From assembly GCA_050251875.1 (NCBI GenBank), contig JBFWMA010000009.1:28951-92950 (forward strand): DNA of 64,000 nt, given 5' to 3'. Below, one piece after another: positions 60,283-64,000 of the stretch. Below the pieces are notes generated by a model that saw nothing but the letters and a program-made list of their open reading frames with translations, made no database searches and was not told the DNA's origin. Within the stretch, counting starts at the first letter, position 1. The number at the start of each line of letters is the position of its first letter. This stretch comes from Deferribacterales bacterium (lineage in GTDB: Bacteria; Chrysiogenota; Deferribacteres; Deferribacterales; Geovibrionaceae). A program made the position numbers and the translations under genes.

Positions 60283-61194
60283 TCACTTATTTAGTTTGGA
60301 AGATGACTTATATGGAACTCTGCCGGAAGGGACGTGCTGCGATGCTGGACCAGCATGTACGTCCTGATCGTCAAAGAATATGTGCGGACGGAATGCTTTC
60401 AATACTTCATCTTTGGGCAGACCGCCTAGGAAGAATGATTCATTCACGTAAACCCCTAGACTGCGGAGTGTCTTGATTATACGGATGTTCGCTGGAAAGC
60501 TTCTGGCGGTTACTATCGCCACTTTCAGCGGTGAGTTGTCTATGCCGCATTTATTCTGAATTCTTGACAGAATCTCAAGGAAATTCATGAAGTTCCCCGG
60601 AGGAATAGGGTTGTCTTCATTTTCTGATTCGTGCTTCTGAAAAGCCTCCAGCCCATGCTCTTTATATATCTGTTCGGATTCATCAGAAAAAATTACGGCA
60701 TCGGCATCAAAAGCGATTCGTATCTGCTCTGTATCCGGTTCATAGTCTTTCGGAGGATTATAAAGCAAAGCCGCCGCCACGCCATTATCTATGGCGTATT
60801 GAACATCTGATTCATCTTTCGACAAAAACAGGTCAACTCTGAAGGCTTCCAGATATGGCGACAACGGTTCGCCACCGGAGAAAGCCGACCTTGTGATATC
60901 TAAACCGTAGTGTTTTATGCTGTTGAGTATCCGCAGACCAGTGTCAGGACTGTTTCTGGACATGACGACAACTTCGACAACTTTCTCACCGTCAAAGAGG
61001 TTATTCAGCTTCAGCAGAGCCTCTATCAGCGGAAATGCTGTACCTTTTTTGAGGAAAACATTTTCATTATCAGTCTGGTATTTTATATAGTTTCCAAGCG
61101 GTTCGTTTTCGAAAATATTATTTTCTTCTTCGAGATCGAAAAGAGCTCTGGATGAAATACCTACTACAAGAATATGACTCAGGTCTATTGCCAT
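60283..61194 (-). CDS. HAD-superfamily 5'-nucleotidase (cN-IA-like, PF06189-type)
   Basis: FDADAVIF (DxDxV motif I), VTARS, FFDDQ (acidic motif IV). Overall layout like the bacterial cytosolic 5'-nucleotidase family. Confidence 0.6.
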   Translation of the reverse strand: MAIDLSHILVVGISSRALFDLEEENNIFENEPLGNYIKYQTDNENVFLKKGTAFPLIEALLKLNNLFDGEKVVEVVVMSRNSPDTGLRILNSIKHYGLDITRSAFSGGEPLSPYLEAFRVDLFLSKDESDVQYAIDNGVAAALLYNPPKDYEPDTEQIRIAFDADAVIFSDESEQIYKEHGLEAFQKHESENEDNPIPPGNFMNFLEILSRIQNKCGIDNSPLKVAIVTARSFPANIRIIKTLRSLGVYVNESFFLGGLPKDEVLKAFRPHIFFDDQDVHAGPASQHVPSGRVPYKSSSKLNK

Positions 61195-62870
61195 ATAACT
61201 CCCTCAATGCGCTCTTTCTCGAGTGAATTATCTATCAGTATGTATAACAAATACTTGGCACGGGTTATTGCCACATAAAGTGTTGATCTCCACCAATCAC
61301 TATCAAGCCTCTCAACTCCTGTAAGAATAATAACTTCTGACTCTAGGCCTTTGAAAGCAGCCACACTTGATGGAACCAATTCAAGCTTTTTATAAAAATA
61401 TTTACCACTAACATTTCCGATTACCGCACTCTCAACTAATCTCTGGAAGCAATTGGAATTAACCTTCGGAAATAGCATCACGCTTTTTCCAATTCCCTTT
61501 GAGATTAATTCGTCAAAAATTTTAATCACTTTTTTCTCTTCATCCTGAGGAGAGGAATAAGTTATTGGATTCACAGGCAGTCCTTCAGTATAGCATAATG
61601 ATTTACGGGAAGGTTTAGTGAACTCTTCAACAAACTTATTGATGTGTTTAGTATTACGGCAATTAATATTCAAAACTTGTGTCACTGACAATTTCATCAG
61701 CTTGTCAAGTTGGCTTTCATCAAACCTATTAAACACTGATGCTTGGTTATGAAAATCCATACACCACAGGATTTTACCTCTTGCAAGTCCACCGACAATA
61801 CATGTGTCTATAAAGTCCAGCACTCCATCAATCAAGATATCCTGCCCTTCATCAACTATTATATTTTCCCATTTCAGGTTTTTCTCAATCGCTACCATCG
61901 CCGCTAAAGTATAGTAGTCTTTGTGATACAGGAATTCCAGATTGGCACTGAGTGACTCTTTGTATTCCTCATAATAGATGCTATCCGATACAATATCTTC
62001 TATTAATCCATGAATATTTCTGACAGTGACATTACTATGCAGTTGTAAATGCTCAGCGATATGACTTGCTAAGTTCTTATTAAAACATATAAATAGGGTG
62101 TTGCCGTTAAGTCTCTTAGCTGTTTCAATAGCAATCAGAGTTTTGCCTGTTCCAGCTCCGCCTATCAGTGTGACAAAATCAAAATTTTCTATCGTATTTA
62201 AAGCAACAGTTTGCTCCCTGTTTAAAAGGATTTCCTGTTCTTCGCCAATGTTCTGAAAGGTCTCATTCAGTTTTGGAATGTAGATAAAGTTGCCTATCAA
62301 ACATTTGACTACTTTGTCTATGCTTTCATCATTCATTTCAAAGTATTTTGTATTTTCTCTTTTTGCGAATTGATATATTGATGAGATTATTCTGGACAGG
62401 TCGTCTGTCATATTTTTACGAGTGAATGTAATTTTCTCACTGCTTTCAATTCCAAATTCCAGTTCATTTATGTCTGGAAAAAACACACCATACCCAAAAA
62501 CTGTACGTGTGATATCGTGGTGAAAACCGAGTTTGTCTTTCAGGTAATCAATAACAGCAAACATCGCCGTTGAGGCCTGTTCGTAAGGACTTTCCTTAAG
62601 AGGATACTCATCTCCTTCAGCATCAACAGTAAACCATTTGCCATCCTCTCTTTTGACACCGCCGCCTTTGACTTCAATCACAAAGATTCCAAACTTTGAA
62701 ATTATTAAAAAATCTATTTCTGCTTTTCTTTTAGTCTCATGTTTGGCCAAGGCTAAAGAATGAATAATTGTGCAGAGCAATGAATCATCTTCAGCAAATT
62801 TCTGAAACAATTTCTTTTCAGCCTTACTGCTGCAATGAGGATCCATCCTTTGCGGGATCATTTTAATCAT
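61185..62870 (-). CDS. NERD-domain nuclease-like + SF1 (UvrD/AAA_19-type) helicase fusion
   Basis: NERD: KRKAEIDFLIISKFGIFVIEVKGG. Helicase: GGAGTGKT (motif I), IIVDEGQDI (motif II), FKGLESEVIIL and YVAITRAKYLLYI (UvrD_C motifs). It overlaps the nucleotidase gene by 10 nt. Confidence 0.75.
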   Translation of the reverse strand: MIKMIPQRMDPHCSSKAEKKLFQKFAEDDSLLCTIIHSLALAKHETKRKAEIDFLIISKFGIFVIEVKGGGVKREDGKWFTVDAEGDEYPLKESPYEQASTAMFAVIDYLKDKLGFHHDITRTVFGYGVFFPDINELEFGIESSEKITFTRKNMTDDLSRIISSIYQFAKRENTKYFEMNDESIDKVVKCLIGNFIYIPKLNETFQNIGEEQEILLNREQTVALNTIENFDFVTLIGGAGTGKTLIAIETAKRLNGNTLFICFNKNLASHIAEHLQLHSNVTVRNIHGLIEDIVSDSIYYEEYKESLSANLEFLYHKDYYTLAAMVAIEKNLKWENIIVDEGQDILIDGVLDFIDTCIVGGLARGKILWCMDFHNQASVFNRFDESQLDKLMKLSVTQVLNINCRNTKHINKFVEEFTKPSRKSLCYTEGLPVNPITYSSPQDEEKKVIKIFDELISKGIGKSVMLFPKVNSNCFQRLVESAVIGNVSGKYFYKKLELVPSSVAAFKGLESEVIILTGVERLDSDWWRSTLYVAITRAKYLLYILIDNSLEKERIEGVIWQ

Positions 62871-62906
62871 TTCTTACCTACAATGGGTTATAAGTAAACA
62901 ATTCTT

Positions 62907-64000
62907 TCATTTAATAGACTTAAGAGAATCAAGCATACTTCTGCTTTCCCTAAGTTTTTCCAAAGCAAGACTGCTTTTCTGCACTTCAGAATTTTGGTCA
63001 GTTGCTATTTTCTCAATACTGTCCAACTTCTTCTGAAAAAACTCTTCAAGAAAGCCTTTTACCCCACGCATTAACTCCCCATATATGTCCTCTCTAAGTC
63101 TAGCAATTGAGTTTTCTAAAGCCTCCGCTTTTGCTCTCTCTTGCCTCTCGATTTCCTGTTGTTTACGATATGCGAGTCCGATTTCGATAAAAGCAATAAC
63201 AGCAGTTGCTATATGTGAAGCATACTTACCTAGCTTTGCGAGTTTAGGCCACATTTCAGTTAATTTGTTGAGCAAAGTCGCTATATGTTTTTCAAGAAAT
63301 TCTGAAATTTTCTCTTTTGGAACAAAGTTTAAATATTTTTCAACCTCATCTAGGCTATAGCTTGCAAAAGATTGGTTAGTGACATTATTAATTGATTTTT
63401 CTTTATACAATTCAATCAGAGGTTCCAGAAAATCAATTTGATAACTTTCTTCAATCTCTCTTAATCTTTCTTCAAGCAAACTTTTCAACTTGTCGACTAA
63501 ATCTTCCAAAGCGTCTGTAACTTTTGCTTCGGCCTGCTTAATTTCACTAGGATCTATTGATGATAAATTGTTACAAATATCTTTTAGGCCTAACCGAATC
63601 AATTTTTCGCTATCATACAGTAGTTTTCTTTTAGAGTTATCAAGAAAAGCTTTTGTTTCCTCAATTTTCTTTTTATATCCGTCATCTATCTGTTTTGTTA
63701 ATAAAACAGTAGCCTCATTAAATGGCTTTTCTAAATAGTCAATAATACTATTTACAATATCATCCTCATTTACATTTCGTATAAAACCCTCAAGTTTTTG
63801 TTCCAATTTAGGCACACCGCTTGCGATAAGTAGAGCATCTTTTGGTTCACCTTGTGCGGCAGAGAGTTTTGCATTCAATGCACTCTTAGCATTTACAATA
63901 ATTCTGTCAGGGCGTTTGTATTTGCCGAGGTTTCTTTCTTCCCATATTTTGTCTAGATTTATATCGATTGCACTATATATTTCTGCTTCACTTGAGGGGT
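62907..64000 (-). CDS. Large coiled-coil protein with a C-terminal hydrophobic hairpin (possibly dynamin-like). The frame is open to the window edge, so the N-terminus is missing.
   Basis: The reading frame has no stop from 64000 down to 62907; the track start at 63878 is only the first TTG. Long heptad-rich helices are followed by HIATAVIAFIEIGLAY and then more coiled coil. Confidence 0.5.
   Translation of the reverse strand, partial: PSSEAEIYSAIDINLDKIWEERNLGKYKRPDRIIVNAKSALNAKLSAAQGEPKDALLIASGVPKLEQKLEGFIRNVNEDDIVNSIIDYLEKPFNEATVLLTKQIDDGYKKKIEETKAFLDNSKRKLLYDSEKLIRLGLKDICNNLSSIDPSEIKQAEAKVTDALEDLVDKLKSLLEERLREIEESYQIDFLEPLIELYKEKSINNVTNQSFASYSLDEVEKYLNFVPKEKISEFLEKHIATLLNKLTEMWPKLAKLGKYASHIATAVIAFIEIGLAYRKQQEIERQERAKAEALENSIARLREDIYGELMRGVKGFLEEFFQKKLDSIEKIATDQNSEVQKSSLALEKLRESRSMLDSLKSIK

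Overview
The window has a roughly 50% G+C core (1 to about 40.4 kb) and a mosaic accessory region (40.46 to 64 kb). I cannot name the organism.

Core, left to right:
- A partial PhnD-like binding protein and a DASS/SLC13 anion symporter.
- A compact Fe-only nitrogenase locus: anfA (sigma-54 activator with a GAF domain) and draT on the plus strand, converging on a minus-strand anfHDGK operon. That operon continues into a PNPOx-like gene, an anfO-like gene and a GGCT-like gene, and has a good sigma-54 promoter.
- A binding-protein-like lipoprotein with a GAF histidine kinase, then a PAS/HisKA_2 kinase.
- A ten-gene chemosensory operon (REC, mcp, STAS, cheY, cheA, mcp, cheW, cheR, cheD, cheB). 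It is divergent from a REC-PAS-kinase hybrid and an NtrC-type sigma-54 activator.
- A transglutaminase-like protein and an AcuI/YhdH reductase.
- Three tandem paralogous DUF1566 lipoproteins.
- ilvD.

Accessory region:
- At 40460 a 3' half of a tRNA-Arg(CCT) abuts a tyrosine integrase. This opens an AT-rich integrated plasmid-like element.
- The element carries xis, XRE regulators and a large rep-like gene with about 9 iterons phased at 21 bp inside its coding sequence. It also has three type II TA pairs and a ParM/ParR locus with parC-like repeats.
- **Most unusual feature:** a ~1.65-kb ORF-free, GC-enriched, hairpin-dense interval (46741-48422) inside the element. On the minus strand it is framed by a TTGACA promoter and a UUCG-loop/U7 terminator, so it is a candidate very large structured ncRNA. 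It includes four hairpins sharing a TGGTGT loop.
- Further right is a host-like GC segment with an ABC-ATPase/DUF438/hemerythrin/PAS fusion, an outer-membrane channel and a DUF1858 gene.
- Then comes an IS21-family element, with a second copy of its left end 1 kb away.
- The window ends with an AT-rich operon: a coiled-coil protein (open at the window edge), a NERD-SF1 helicase and a HAD 5'-nucleotidase. It looks like a defence-type module.

No rRNA, intact tRNA or CRISPR array was seen. All calls rest on reading the sequence and remembered family motifs; no searches were run.
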